64,000 nucleotides of DNA from the human T2T-CHM13v2.0 reference genome, Homo sapiens (GCA_009914755.4 CP086569.2:4192001-4256000), one strand, 5' to 3'. Positions 12,611 through 27,175 are shown, counted from the stretch's first letter. Made by a program: numbers and translations. The notes: generated by a model from the letters alone, not told the origin.

Positions 12611-12653
12611 GATAGTGAGTGAGTGTTGAGTGAGTGAGTGAGTGAGTGAGTGA
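12611..12653. repeat. (GTGA/GAGT)n microsatellite inside MaLR LTR
   Basis: GATAGTGAGTGAGTGTTGAGTGAGTGAGTGAGTGAGTGAGTGA. Confidence 0.85.
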
Positions 12654-12990
12654 CTTATTGGATGATCTGGTAATTTAAAATCATGTAGTCCCTCTTCCCT
12701 CCCTCTCTTTCTCCTGCTTCAGCCATGAGAAGTGCTGGCTTCCCCTTCACTTGTCACCATGATTGTAAGTTCCCTGAGGCTTTCCTAGAAGATTATGCTG
12801 CCATGATTTTATACAGCTTGCAGAACCATGAGTCAATTAAACCTCTTTTCTTTATAAATTACCCAGTCTCAGGTATTTCTTTATGACAATGCAAGATTGA
12901 ACTAATAAAGGAAATTGGTACCAAGGAGTGTGGCATTGCTATCAAGATACGTGAAAATGCAGAAGCAATGTTGGAATTATGTAACAGTCA

Positions 12991-13346
<356 letters not shown>

Positions 13347-14496
13347 CTAGAGACTGCTTAAACTGGGATCAAAATGCTGATGGTAATATGGACCGTGAAA
13401 GCCAGGCTAAGGAGGTCTCAGATGAAGATGAGGAACTTTTTGAGAACTGGAGCTAAGGTCACTTTTGTTATGCCTTAGCAAAGAAGCTGAAGGAATTTTG
13501 CCCCTGCCCTAGGATTTTGAGAAACTTTGAACTTGAGAGAGTTGAGATAGATGATTTAGTGTATTGGGTGGAAGAAATTTCTGAGCAGCAGAGTGTCCAA
13601 AATGTGACCTGGCTGCTTCTAACCACCTAAGTTTATACATGTGAACAGACAAATGGCCTGAGACTGGAACTTATATTTAAAAGGGAAGCAGAGGATAAAA
13701 GTTTGGAAAATTTGCAGCTCACTTAGGTGATAGAAAAGAAAAGCCAATTTTCAGGGGAGTAATTCAAGCAGGCTGTAGAAATCAGCATAACTAAAAGGAA
13801 GGCAAGCAGTTATATCTAAGACAATGGGGAAAAGGCCAACAAAGCGTTTCAGATTCCTTCATTGCAGCCCCTTTAATTACATGCCCTGAGACTTAGGAGG
13901 GAATAATGATTTCCAGGGCTGGTCCCAGGGCCCCACTGCCCTATGCAGCCTCAAGACACTGTTCCCTGCATGCTAGTTACTTCAGTTCCAGCCATCCAGC
14001 CATAGCTCAAAGGAGTTCAGGTAAAACTCAGGGTGCTGCTTCAGAGGGTGCAAGCCATAAGCCTTGGCAGCTTTCATGTGGTGTTGAAGCCTGTGGGTGC
14101 ACAGAGTGCAAGAGTTGAGAATTTGGAGCCTTCACCTAGATTTCAGAAGATGTATGGAAAAGCCTGAATGTCTAGGCAGAAGCCTGCTGCAGTGGCAGAG
14201 CCTTATGGGCAACCTCTAATAAAGAAGCATTAAGGGGAAATGTAGGGTTGTATCCCCTACCTGGAGTCCCCACTGAGGCATTGCCTAGCAGAGATGTCAA
14301 AAGAGGACCAGCATCCTCCAGATCCCAGAATGGTTGATATGCTGGCAGCTTGCACTGTGCTTCTGGAAAAGCTGCAGAGCCTGTAAGAAGCAGCTGTGGG
14401 GGCTGAACCTGGAAATTCACAAGTGTGGGGCTGTCCAAGGCCTTGGGAGCACACCCTTTGCACCAGTATGCCCTGTATGTGAGACATGGAGTCAAA

Positions 14497-15155
14497 GTGT
14501 TACCAGGAGGTCCTTGCTCCCAGAGCTCCCAAGATGGCGGTGGGTCACTTCCAAAATGGCCACGGGCCACTTCCAAGATGGTAGCAAGCCTCGTGTTCTC
14601 TGACATGGGGTTCTTGGCCTCACGGATTCCAACGAAAGAAATCTTGGGCCATGCAGTGAGTGTTATAGCTCTATTAGAAGCTGTGGGTCACGGAAGAGAA
14701 CCGTGGAACCCAGTGACTAGTGTTCAGCTTGATTAGAATGAACCCGGGCACTTAGCAGTGCAGGAACAATGGCAAGCCTTTAGCCCAATCAGAAGCAGCA
14801 ATGGGCGCCTCACTGGATCAGGAGCACAGTGAACACCCTGCCTCATCTGGACGGATGGAAGTCAGCGGTGGGTCTGCGAGGGCAGCAAACAGCAGTGGTG
14901 GACAGCGAGCGAAAGCTCAGCTTAAGCCGTAACAAACACGGACCAGAAGAGTGCAGTTGCAAGATTTAATAGAGTGAAATAGAGTGAAAACAGCTCTCAT
15001 ACAAAGGGAGGGGACCCAAAGAGGGTAGCTGTTGCGGGCTTGAATGCCTGGGTTTATGTCCCAATCATTGTCCCTCCCACTGTGCTCTCAGGTGATAGAT
15101 GATTGGCTATTTCTTTACCTCCTGTTTTTGCCTAATTAGCATTTTAGTGAGCTAG
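14497..15155. mobile_element. Unclassified LTR-like insertion (about 660 bp) within MaLR internal region
   Basis: Interrupts otherwise colinear MaLR internal sequence. Contains …CCAAGATGGCGGTGGGTCACTTCCAAAATGGCCACGGGCCACTTCCAAGATGG… and …TTTAATAGAGTGAAATAGAGTGAAAACAGCTCTCATACAAAGGGAGGGGACCC…, reminiscent of an ERV LTR R/U5 in antisense. Family not identified. Confidence 0.4.
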
Positions 15156-15367
15156 ATTATTTTGGAGCTTTAAGGTTTAATGACTGCCCTGTTGGGTTTT
15201 GGACTTCATGGGTCCTGCAGCTCCTTTCTTTGGCCAACTCTTCCACTTTAAAATGGAAGTATCTATCAAATGCTTGTATCACCATTGTATCTTGGAAGTA
15301 AATAACTTGTTTTTGATTTTAGAGGCGTATAGGTGGAAGACACTTGTCTTATCTCAGATGAGACTCT

Positions 15368-15768
15368 TTTCACTCGCGTCCATGTGAAGAGACCACCAAA
15401 CAGGCTTTGTGTGAGCAACGAGGCTGTTTATTTCACCTGGGTGCAGGTGGGCTGAGTCCAAAAAGAGAGTCAGCAAAGGGAGATAGGGGTGGGGCCGTTT
15501 TATAGGATTTGGGTAGGGAGTGGAAAATTACAGTCAAAGGGGGTTTTTCTCTGACTGGCAGGGGCAGGGGACACAAGGTGGTCAGTAGGGGAGCTTTTGA
15601 GCCAGGATGAACCAGGAGAAGGAATTTCACAAGGTAATGCCATCAGTTAAGGCAGGAACAGGCCATTTTCACTTCTTTTGTGATTCTTCAGTTACTTCAG
15701 GCAATCTGGATATACACATGCAGGTCACAGGGGATATGATGGCTTAGCTTGGGCTCAGTGGCCTGATA
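15368..15768 (-). mobile_element. Solo LTR7-like (HERV-H LTR), antisense
   Basis: Reverse complement of the LTR7 consensus: TTTCACTCGCGTCCATGTGAAGAGACCACCAAACAGGCTTTGTGTGAGCAACGAGGCTGTTTATTTCACCTGGGTGCAGG…GGGGATATGATGGCTTAGCTTGGGCTCAGTGGCCTGATA, which is the RC of TGTCAGGCCTCTGAGCCC…GGACGCGCATGAAA. Confidence 0.7.
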
Positions 15769-16489
15769 ACTTTAAACTTTAGACTTTTGAGTTAATGCTG
15801 GAATGAGTTAAGATTCTGGGGAACTGTTGAGGAGGAATAATTGTATTTTGAAATGTGAGAAGGACAGGAGATTTGGAGAGGCCACAGTCAGAATAATAAG
15901 GTTTGGATCTGTGTTTCCCCAAATCTCATGTCTAATTGTAAGCCCCAGTTTTGAAGGTGGGACCTGGTGGGAGGTGACTGGATCATGGGGGCAAAGTTCT
16001 CATAAATTGTCTAGCACCATTTCCTCAGTGCTGTTCTTATGATAGGGAGTGAGTTATTATGAGATCTGCTTGTTTAAAAGGGTGTAGCACCTCTTTGCTT
16101 TCTTCCTCCTACTCCAGCCTTGTGTTGTGCTGGCTCCCATTTCAACTTTTTCCATGAGTGTAAGTTCCCTGAGGTCTTCCCAGAAGCTGATGTCACCATG
16201 CTTCCTGTACAGTATGCAGAACCAAGAGCCAATGAGGCCTCTTTTCTTTATAAATGTTCTGGCCTCAGGTATTTCTTTATCACAATGGGAGAAGAGACTA
16301 ATACAGGAAATTGGTCATGAATTCTCTGCTTAGGCCAATATCCAGAAGAGTTTTTCCAAGGATATATTCTAGAATTGTTATGGTTTCAGGTCTTAGATTT
16401 ACATCTTTCATTCATCTTGAGTTGATTTTTGTATAAGGTGAAAGATAGGTATCCAGTTTCATTCTTCTACATGTGGCTAGCCAGTTTTC

Positions 16490-16812
16490 TTTTGTCTTTC
16501 TTTGTTTTTTTGTTTGTTTGTTTCTGAGATGGAGTCTTGCTCTGTTGCTCAGGCTGGAATGTCGTGGCATGATCTTGGCTCACTGCAACCTCTGCCTCCC
16601 AGGATCAAGCAATCCTACCGCGTCAGCCTCCTAAGTAGCTGGGATTACAGGCACATGCCACCACACCCGGCTAATTTTTTATATTTTTAGTAGAGACAGG
16701 GTTTCACCATGTTGGCCAGGCTGGTCTCGAACTCCTGATCCCAGGTGATCCACCTGCCTCAGACTCCCAAAGTGCTTGGATTACAGGTGTGAGCCACCGC
16801 ACCCAGGCTGGC
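16490..16812 (-). mobile_element. Alu SINE, antisense, with degenerated (TTTG)n tail
   Basis: TTTGTTTTTTTGTTTGTTTGTTTCTGAGATGGAGTCTTGCTCTGTTGCTCAGGCTGGAATG…GGATTACAGGTGTGAGCCACCGCACCCAGGCTGG. TSD about (C/G)AGTTTTCT at 16481-16489 and 16816-16824. Inserted in old L1. Confidence 0.9.
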
Positions 16813-17258
16813 TCGTGAGTTTTCTAAGCACAATTTATTAAATAGAATGCCTTTTCTCTATTTTATGTTTTTGTATGTTATATCAAATATCAGTTGTTTA
16901 TAAGTATCTGACCTTATTCCTGAGTATTCTCTTCTGTTTCACTGGTCTGTGTGCCTACTTTTATAAAAGTATCATGCTATTTTGGTAAATACAGCCTTGT
17001 AATATAACTTGTAGTCTGGTTGTGTAATATTTCCAAATATGTTCTCTTTCCTTAGCATTCCTTTGCCTATTAAGGCTCTTTTTTGATTCCATATAAATTT
17101 TAAGATTGTTTTGTCTAGTTCTGTAAAAAATAATGTTGGTATCTTGATGGAAATTGCATTTAATCTGTAGATTGCTTTGGGCAGTGTGGTGATTTTCAGA
17201 ATATTGATTGAGTTTCTATCCATGAGCATCAGATGCATCTACATTTGTTTGTGTCATC

Positions 17259-17563
17259 TTTTTTTTGTTTTGTTTTGTTTTTGAGATGGTGTCTCATTCT
17301 GTCGCCCATGTTGGTGTGCGGTAGCATGATCTTGGCTCACTGAAACCTCCGTCTCCTGGGTTTAAGTGATTCTCCTGCCTCAGCCTCCTGAGTAGCTGGG
17401 ACTACAGGCGTGTGCCACCATGCCCGGCTAATTTTTTGTAGTTTTAGTAGAGACAGGGTTTCACTGTGTTAGCCCAGATGGTCTTGATCTCCTGACCTCG
17501 TGATCTGTCTGCCTCATCCTCCGAAAGTTCTGGGATTACAGGCGTGAGCCACTGTGCCCAACC
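17259..17563 (-). mobile_element. Alu SINE, antisense
   Basis: TTTTTTTTGTTTTGTTTTGTTTTTGAGATGGTGTCTCATTCTGTCGCCCATG…GGATTACAGGCGTGAGCCACTGTGCCCAACC. TSD TGTCATC at 17252-17258 and 17564-17570. Confidence 0.9.
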
Positions 17564-20128
17564 TGTCATCTCAGTTTTCTTCCAGCAATGTTTTGTATTT
17601 CTCCTTCTACAGATTCTTCACTTTCTTGTTTACTTATATTCCTAGATATTTTTATATTTTTTCAGCTATTGTAAAAGAGACTTCTTGATTTGATTTTCAG
17701 CTTGGTCACTGTTGGTGTATAGCAGTGCCATTGATTTGTGTACATTGATTTTACATCCTGTGACTTCACTATATTTGTTTATCGAATCTAGGATTCTTTT
17801 GGAGGAATCTTTAGGGTTTTATAGGTATAAAATTATATCATTAGCAAATGGCGATAGTTTCACTTTCTCTTTTCCAATTGGGATGCCCTATGTTTTTTAT
17901 CCTGCCGGATTGCTCTGGCCAGAACTTCCAGTACTCTGTTGAACAGAAGTGGTCTAAGTGGGTATCCTTTTCTTATTCCAGTTCTTAGGGTAAATCATTA
18001 TATTCAGTGTGATGTTGGCTGTGGGTTTGTCATATATGGCTTTTATTATTTTGAGATAAGTTCATTCTATGCCTAGTTTGTTGAGTGTTTTTATCATAAA
18101 GTGATACAAGATTTTATGGTGCTTTTTCTGCTTATATTTAGATAATTGTATAATTCTTTTTAGTTCTGTCTATGTGATGTGTCACATTTGTTGACTTGTG
18201 TATGTTAAGCCATCCTTGTATGCCTGAGATGAAACATAATTGATCATGGCATATTATCTTTTTGGTGTGCTGTTGGATTAGGTTAACTAGTATTTCTTTG
18301 AGAATTTTTGCATTTATGTTCATGAAGAAAATTTGTCTGTAGTTTCCTTTTTTTGTTATGCTCACTACTGGTTTAGGTATGAGGGTGATACTGGGTTCAT
18401 AGAATAACTTAGAGAAGATTACCTCTTTCTCAATCCTTTGGAATAGTTTCAGTAGAATTGGTACTAATTCTTCTTTGAGTGTCTGATAAAATGTAGCTCT
18501 AGATTTATCTGGCCATGGGCTTATTTTTTTCTTGGCATTTTAAAAAAATTACTGATTAAATCTTGCTGCTTGTTATTGGTTTGTTCAGGGTTGCTATTCT
18601 TTCCTCCTTTATTCTAGGAGGGTAGTATGTTTCCAGGACTTTATCTATTTCCTCTAGATTTTCTAGTTTGTGTACATAGAAATGTTCACAGTAGTCTTGA
18701 ATGGTCTTTTGTATTTCTATATTATGTTGGTTGTATGTATTTCTATATTGTGTTGATATTGTATGTTGGCTGTAAAGTCTCCAGTTTCATTTCACTATAG
18801 CTCATTTGAAATTCTCTTATATATTGGTTAATCTAGCCAACGGCTTATCAATTTTGTTTCTTTTCAAAGAAGCAGCTTTTTGTTCTATTGATCTTTTGGG
18901 ATTTTTTGTTTTAATTTCATTTAGTTCTGCTCTAATCTTTATTTCTTTTCATATGTTAGCTTTGGATTTGTTTTGCTCTTGTTTCTCTAGTTTCTTGAGG
19001 TGTGAAATTAGGTAGTCAGTTTGTGTCCTTTCAGACTTTTTGATGTAGGCATTTAGCACTGCAAATGCTCTTAGCAGTGCTTTTGCTGTTTTGTAGGGAT
19101 TTTCATAACTTTTGTCACTATTATCATTCATTTTGATGTTTACATTTTTAAATTTTCATCTTGACATTATTGTTAACCTAAAAATTATTTAGGAGGAGAT
19201 TGTTTAATTTCCATGGATTTGTGGTTTCTTTTGGAGTTGATTTTTTATTCTATTTTACTGTGGTCTGAGAAGATATTTGATATAATTTTAATTTTTTAAA
19301 ATTTATTGAGACTTGTTTTGTGGCCAATCATATGATGTATCTCAAAGAATGTTCTATGTGCTGATGAGAAGAATTCATATTCTGTAGCTCTTTGATAGGA
19401 TATTCTGTAAATATGTGTTAGGTTCTGTCTCAGATACTTTTCAGTTTACACTAGCTAATATTGGCAACAATATTGTTTTGAGTGTTGTTTATATATGTAG
19501 TCATAAAGCTCACAGCTCACATTTATTTGGGGGAATATGTATTTTTTTCATTAAACACACGAAATATAAACAATGAAAATTTATTTTAATATTGATACAT
19601 CTTGAATTTCATAATGGGGCAGAATAAGTTAGGTTAGATGGCAATACTGACTGGATCCCTTGTTTGAAGCCCTGCAGGCTCCATCCCTAGCACCCTTCTG
19701 TGTCAGCACCTAACTCTTTTGCAAGATAAGCAGTCCCACAGGATACCAGCAGAGTGCAAGATAGTTACAAGGTTCTGATACCTGATATAGGTCCAGGAAA
19801 AAGAACAAAAACTCCTTATTCCTGATGTATCTTCTCCAATATCCAGCCAATCTGCACAAGAATCCCAAGAAATTAATAGCTACAAATTTCTGCCTTGGAG
19901 CTAAGAATTTTCTTTTTCTTTCTTTGTCCTACTTGCTCAGGTGGGCTCAAGGTTTAGCTTATAGTGACTGTTTTCTCATTTTAACAGTAAAACACACCTT
20001 TACGTGCAGGTTTTATATGCTAATAACACATGTGATGTATGTTAGAGTTTGTAGATGCTGAGTGCATGTGCCAACTGCAGATCTGCCTTTGCATAGCTTA
20101 CCTCACCAGTATTTTATAAATATGTAGG

Positions 20129-23100
20129 GAGAGGGTCAATATGGCTGACTAGAAGCAGCTAATGTGTGCCGTCCTCATGGAGAGAAGAAACAGTAGTGAG
20201 TAAATACTATACCTTCCACTAAAACATTCAGGTGAACACAATGGGATTCATTAAGAAAACAACTTGACCCACAGAGAATGGAGAGAAACAAGACTGAACA
20301 ACTGCCAACAAAGAAGTGGCACTAAGACAAGGGAGTCCCCGCGATGGGGAAATGGCAAGTGAGTGAGAAATCTCAGGGACCCACACTTTTTTATGTATCT
20401 TTGCCACTGTTGGGTCAGGAGATTCTCTCAGGAGCCCATTCAGCCAGGGCCTTCAGACTGCTATGAAGAGCTACGTGGAGTCTGGATAGAGCCACCACTC
20501 AAGCACACACAGTGTCCTGGGAGCCTTGGATCCTGGGCTTCACAGCATTAGTAGCTGCAGTTCCAGCAAAGGGGGAGGTTAGGCTCTCTTACATACCCTG
20601 GGGAAAGGGGCTGAACCCGAAGGGCTAAGCAGCGCCAGTCTGAAGGCTTTGCTTCCACTCTACTTCAGAGAATAAAGACCACTAATTTGGGACTCCAGCC
20701 ACCTCCTACTGGAACTCTGAGGCCAGTAATAGCTCCACACTTCCCTGGGACAAAGTTCCCAGAGGGAGGGGTGGGATGTCATCTTTGTTAGCTCTCATGC
20801 TTTTCTGTCTGTTACCTTCATACTCTGGAGATTCTGAGGTAACTAGGGTCTTTCTGGGACCCCCAACACATTGAAGCTGCCTTACAAAAAAGCATCCAGA
20901 CTGTTTTTAATGCAGGCCTTTATCCCCGTTCTCCTCACTGGCCAGGACCTCCAGATCTGAGAATCCAGCCATTCCTTGCTGGAGTTCTTGGGCCATCAGC
21001 AGCTCTGAACCTCCCTGAGACAGAGACCCCAAAGGGAGGAGTGGGTTGCCATCTTTACTTATTTACATACTTTGCCACTGTTGCCTTCAGCCTCTGGAGA
21101 ATCCATGGCGACTAGAGCTCGGCACAGACCCCCAGTGCAGTGCAGCTGCCCCACAGAAAAGTGGCCTGACTGTTCCCCATGCAGGTCCCTGTCCACACTT
21201 GTCCTTACTGTGCAGGACCTCCTGACCTGGGACTCCAGCCTAACCCCTGTCCTTGCCTTCTCCAAGGAGGAAATCCCAGATTCAATCCACAGCCCCTCCA
21301 CCATTGCAGCTGCAGTAGTACTGCCTTAATTGCCTTCAAGCTGGGAAAAGAACAAAGACAATAGTCATTACACTGGCACCTCCAGTACAGTGCAGCCAGC
21401 ATACATAGAGGAGTCCAGTCTCTCTTCCCTGGAAGCCCCCATGCCCCCTCTTCACCAGGTAGGTCCCCTGGCTCAGGAATGCAGAACAGCCACCCCAACC
21501 ATTGCTGAGCATACCCACTGGTAGTGGCTCTGAGTTTCTGTGGGTAGGAGCTCCCAGAGCCAACTGACAGCCCCTCTGCCACTGCCACAGCAGTGGATCT
21601 GTCCCATCTGACCTCAGTCGGCAGAAGAAACAAAGAGCTTGAGGGCTTCACCTGGGCTTACAGCACATCTCAGCCAACATATGGAGAACAACCCTGTCTC
21701 TCTTCTCTGTAAGCCCTAGACACCCTTCTCCCTGACAATGACAGCCCCTAGCTCAGGCCAGCAGTAAAGCTACCCGGACTCACTGGCTGAATACTCCCAG
21801 TAGCAATGGCTCTGCCTTTCTCATAGGTGGAGCTCCCAGGGAAGACAGAAATCCCTTTTGCCATTGCCTCTCCAGTGAAACTGCCCATGCTGCCCTTGGA
21901 CTAAGGAAACAGCAAAGATCCTGAGTGCCTTATCCATACCTCAAGCAAGCTGTAGTTGCCCTAAGGAGAGGCCAGGCTGTCTCCCACAGATCACACACAC
22001 TCCACTGCTTATCACCAGGAAGTGACCCCAGTTTGGGCCCACAGTGCAGCCACCCCATTCTTAGCCAATCACACTGATTGACTGAAGCTTTACATCTCTC
22101 TTGGTTGGAGCCCCAGAACAAGTGGAGTAGCATTGACCACAACTGCTGCTAAGCTCCCTTTCCCTGCTGCTTCCAAGCTGGGGAGGAAAAATGAAGCCTG
22201 AGATTATTCCAGGGCTTGGGTGTGCAGCCCGAAACTGCTAAGCTGAGATCTGTAACCAGCACTCAAATGGGAGAGGAGACCACATTTTCAGAGCATTAAG
22301 AGAGAATGTAGCTGCAATCAAGAGAAAAAAAAAAAAAGAAAAAGAAAAACAGGAGTCACATAACAGAACCAGCACTTACTTACTAACCATTATGCCTAAG
22401 CAGCACCTACTGGATCACACACCAAAACTTAAACACCAAAACTACATTCTAAGCATACCTTCCTTTGAAACCAAAGACAAGAATTCAGTTTCTGATAAAG
22501 GCCATGTACAGAGCTTCAACCATCTGAAAACACCAAGAAAAGGAGTGTACTGACTACTCAATTTACACTGCAGTTAAAGAAACACCCACAAGTGCAGATG
22601 AGAAAAATACCAACACAATAACTGGCAACTCAAAATGCCAAAGTGTTTCCTTTCCTCAAAATGACTACAGTAGTTCCCCAGCAAGGGTTCTCAGCTGAGC
22701 TGAGATGGCTGAAATATCAGAAGTAGAGTTCAGAATATGGATAGAAATGAAGATCATTGAGATTCAGGAGAACATGAAAATTCAATCCAAGGAAGAAAAG
22801 GATCACAAAAAATGATGGAGGATCTTATAGATAAAACAGTTAGTATTAAAAAAGAACCAAACTAGTCTGATAGAGCTAAGAACACACTATAAGAATTTCA
22901 TAATGAAATTGCAAGTATGAACAGCAGACTAGACCAAGCTGCAGAGATAAACTCAGAGCTTGAAGACAAGCTCTCTGAAATAAGACAGAAATAAAAATGA
23001 AAAAAAATAAAATAAAAAGGAACAAACAAAACCTCTGATAAATATGGGATTACATAATGAGATAAAATCTATGACTTATTGGAGTATGTACTTGAAAGAA

Positions 23101-26100
23101 ATGAGGAGAAAGCAAGCAACTTAGAAAACATATTTCAGGATATTGTCCATAAAAACATTCACAAACTCGCTGGGGAGGCCAACATTCAAATTCAGGAAAT
23201 GCAGAGAACCCCTACAAGATACTACACAAGAAGACCATCACCAAGACATCTAATCATGAGGCATTCCAAGGACAAAATGAAAGAAAAAATATGGCATGAG
23301 GCAGTTACAAAGGGCAAGTCACCTACAAAGAGAACCCCATCAGGCTAACAGCAGATCTTTCAGCAGAAATTCTATAAGCCAGAAAAGATGAGGGGCCTGT
23401 ACTCAACATTCTTAAAGAAAAAATCTTAAACAAGGAATTTCATATTCAGCCAAATAAACTTAGTAGGTGAAGGAGAAATAAGCTCCTTATTAGATATCCA
23501 TACAATACTAGTTGGAGGCTTCAACACTCCATTGAAAGTATTAGACAGAACCAAGCAGAAAAATAACAAAGGTACTCAGGACCTGAACTCAACACTTGAC
23601 CACATGGATCTAATAGACATCTGCAGAACTCTTCATCCAAAAACAACAAATTGTACATTATTCTCATCACCACATAGCACATACACCAAACTTGACCATA
23701 TAATCAGACATAAAATAATCCTCATAAAATTTTAAAAAAATGAAATCATACCAGTCACACTCTCAGACCACAGCACAATAGAAATAGAATTCAATACAAA
23801 GAAAATTGCTCAAAACCATACAATTACATGGAAATTAATCAACCTCCTCCTGATTGACTTTTGGGTAAATAATGGAATTAAGGCAGAAATCAAGTTTTTT
23901 GAAACTAATGAGAACAAAGAGACAAGATAGTTGAATCTCTGGGAAACAGCTATGTCAGTGTTAAAGGGAAATTTATAACAAGAAACACCCACATCAGAAA
24001 GCTGGAAAGATCTCAAATTAACAACCTAACGTCACAACTGGAAGAAGTAAAGAAGCAAGAGCAAACCAACCCCAGAGCTACAAAACGACAAGAAATAACC
24101 AAAATAAGGCTGAATTGAAGGAGACTGAGGCTTAAAAATCCATGCACAATCAACAAAACCAAGAGTTGGTTTTTAGAAAATAAATTATAAGACTGACCAC
24201 TAGTTAGACTAATAAAGAAGAAAAGAGAGAAGATAAAAATAAACACAATTAGAAAGAATGAAGCCATTACCAGTGACCCCACAGAAATACCAATAACTAT
24301 CAGAGACTACCATGAACACCTCTATGCACAAAAACTAGAAAATCTAGAAGAAACAGGTAAACTCCTGGACACATACACCCTTCAAAATCTGAAACAGAAA
24401 ACACTGAATCCCTGAATAGGCCAATATAAAGCTCTGAAATTAAAATAGTAATAAATGTACTAACAACCCAAAAAGGCCTAGAACCAGATGGATTCACAGT
24501 CAAGTTATACCAGGTATACAAAGAAAATCTGGTACCATTCCTAATGAAACTATTCTTAAGAAAATGAGGAGGGACCCCTCCCTAACTCATTCTATGAGGC
24601 CAGCATCATCTCAATATCAATACCGGACAGAGACACACACAAAAATGAAAACTTAAGGCCAATATTCTTGATAAACATAGATGCAAAGATTCTCAACAAA
24701 ATATTAGCAAATCAAATCCAGCAGCATATCAAAAAGCTAATCCACCATGATCCAGTAATCTTTATCCCTGAGATGCAATGTTGGTTCAACATACAAAAAT
24801 CACTAAATTTAATTCATCACGTAAACAGTGCTAAAGAAAAATACATATGATTTTCTCAGTAGATGCAGAAATGGCTTTCAATAAAATTCAAAATCCCTTC
24901 ATGTAAAAAAACGATCAATAAACTATGCATTAAAGAAACATACTTTAAAATAATAACAGCTATCTATGACAAACCCACCGGCAACATCATACTGAATGGC
25001 AAAAGCTGAAAGCATTTTGATTTATAGCCAGCACAAGACAAGGATACCCTCTTTCACCACCACTATTCCACATAGTACAAAAGTCCTGACCAGGCAATCA
25101 GACAAGAAGAAAAACTAAAAGACATCCAAATAGGATGAGAGGAAGTCAAACTATCCCTTTTTGCAGATGACATGATTCTATGTCTTAAAGCACCCCATAG
25201 TCTCTTCACAAAAGCTCTGAGAGCTGATAAACAACTTCAGCAACATTTAAAGATACAAAATAAACATATAGAAATCAGTAGCATTCCCGTACTCCAACAA
25301 CATCCAAGCCAGGAGCCAAATCAGGCACGCAATCACATTCACAATTGCCACAAATTAGATAAAATATCTAGTGATACAGCTAACCAGGGAGGTGAAAGAT
25401 CTCTACAATAAAAATAACAAACCACTGCTCAAAGAAATCAGAGACAACACAAACAAATTTAAAAAAATATATGCTCATGGGTAGGAAGAATTAATATCTT
25501 TAAAATGGCCATACTGCCAAAACCAACTTACAGATTCGAAAGTTATTCTTATCAAACTGCCAATAACATTCTTCACAAAATTAGTAAATGCTATTTTAAA
25601 ATTCATATGAAACAAAAAAGAAGCCTGCATAGCCAAATCAATCTTTAGCAGAAAGAAGAAAGGTGAAGGCATTATGTTACCCAAATTCAAACTATACTAT
25701 AGGGTTAAAGTAACCAAAACAGCATGGTACTGGTAAAACAAAACAAAACAAAAGAAAAAAACAGAAACAGAGAACAATGGAACACAACAGACAGCTCAGC
25801 AATAATGCCACATACCTACAATGATCTCATCTTTGACAAAGGTGACAAAAACATTCAATGGGGAAAGGACTCTCTTCAATAAATAGTGCCGAGATAACTG
25901 GCTAGCCATATGCAGAAGATTGAAACTGGATCCCTTCCTTACACTATACATAAAAATCAACTCAAGATGGATTAAAGAGTTAAATGTAACAGCTAAAATT
26001 ATAAAATCAACATAAGATAACCAAGGAAATACCATTCTGGAAATAGAAACTGGCAAAGATTTCATTACAAAGACACCAAAAGCCATTACAACAAAAGCAA

Positions 26101-27175
26101 AAATGGATAAATATGATCTAATTAAACTAATGAGCTTCTGCACAGCAAAAGAAACTATGAACAGAGTAACAGACAACCTACAGAATGGGAGAAAATTTTG
26201 CAAACTCTCATCTGACAAAGGTCTAATATCCAGTATCTAGAAAGAACTTAAATTTATAAGCAAAAACAAACAAACAAACAACAACAACAAAAAACATTAA
26301 AAAGTGGGCAAAGGACATAAACAGACACTTTTCAAAAGAAGACATACATGTGGCCAAGAAGCATATGAACAAAAGCTCAGTATCGCTGATCACTGGAGAA
26401 ATAAAAATCAAAACCACAATGAGATACCATCTCACCCAGTAAGAATGGCTAATCATTAAAAAGACAAAAAATAACAGATGCTGGCAAGGTTGCAGAGAAA
26501 AGGGATCACTTTTACCCTGCTGTTGGGAGTGTGAATTAGTTTAATTATTGTGGAAAAGAGTGTGCTGATTCCTCGAAGACCTAAAAACAGAACTATCATT
26601 TTCCCCATCAAACTCATTACTGGCTATATACCCAAAGGAATATAATACATTGTTCTACCATAAAGACATACGTATGTGTGTGTTCATCGCAGCACTATCC
26701 CCAATATCAAAGACATTTAAGCAACCTAAACGCATGCACATCAACAGTAGACTGGACAGAAAAATGTGGTACCTATAGGCCGTGGAATACTATGCAGCCA
26801 TACAAAGAATGACATAATTTTCTTTTCAGTAGCTTGGGTAGAGCTGGAGACCATTATTCTTAGCAAACTAATGCAGGAATGGAAAATCAAATACCACTTG
26901 TTCTCCCTTATATGTAGGAGCTAAATAATGACAACACATAGAAACCAAGAGGCTAACAGCAGACACTGGAGCCTACTCGAGGGTGGAGGGTGGGAGGAGG
27001 GAGAGGATCAGAAAAAAAAGATCTATCAGGTACTAGTCTTAGTATCTCGGTGATAAAATAATCTGTACACCAAATCCCCATGACATGTGTTCACCTATAC
27101 AACAAACCTGCAAATGTACCCCTGAACCTAAAATAAAAGTTAAAAGAACAAATACAAATAAGCATAAATAAATAA
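20129..27175 (+). mobile_element. Full-length old L1 (L1PA-old/L1PB-type, about 7.0 kb), heavily decayed ORF1/ORF2
   Basis: 5'UTR begins GAGAGGGTCAATATGGCTGACTAGAAGCAGC. ORF1-like region lies around 22680-23700 (track ORF 23079-23348 is an ORF1 fragment). ORF2 EN/RT runs about 23500-27000 with many stop codons. The tail is …AAATAAATAAATAAA. Perfect 13-bp TSD ATAAATATGTAGG at 20116-20128 and 27176-27188. Confidence 0.85.

Noticed and set aside
14172-14736. Overlapping 89-144 aa ORFs on both strands
   Set aside because: Located in the MaLR internal region, which is non-coding in THE1/MST elements, and in the adjacent LTR-like insert. No homology or gene-structure signal.
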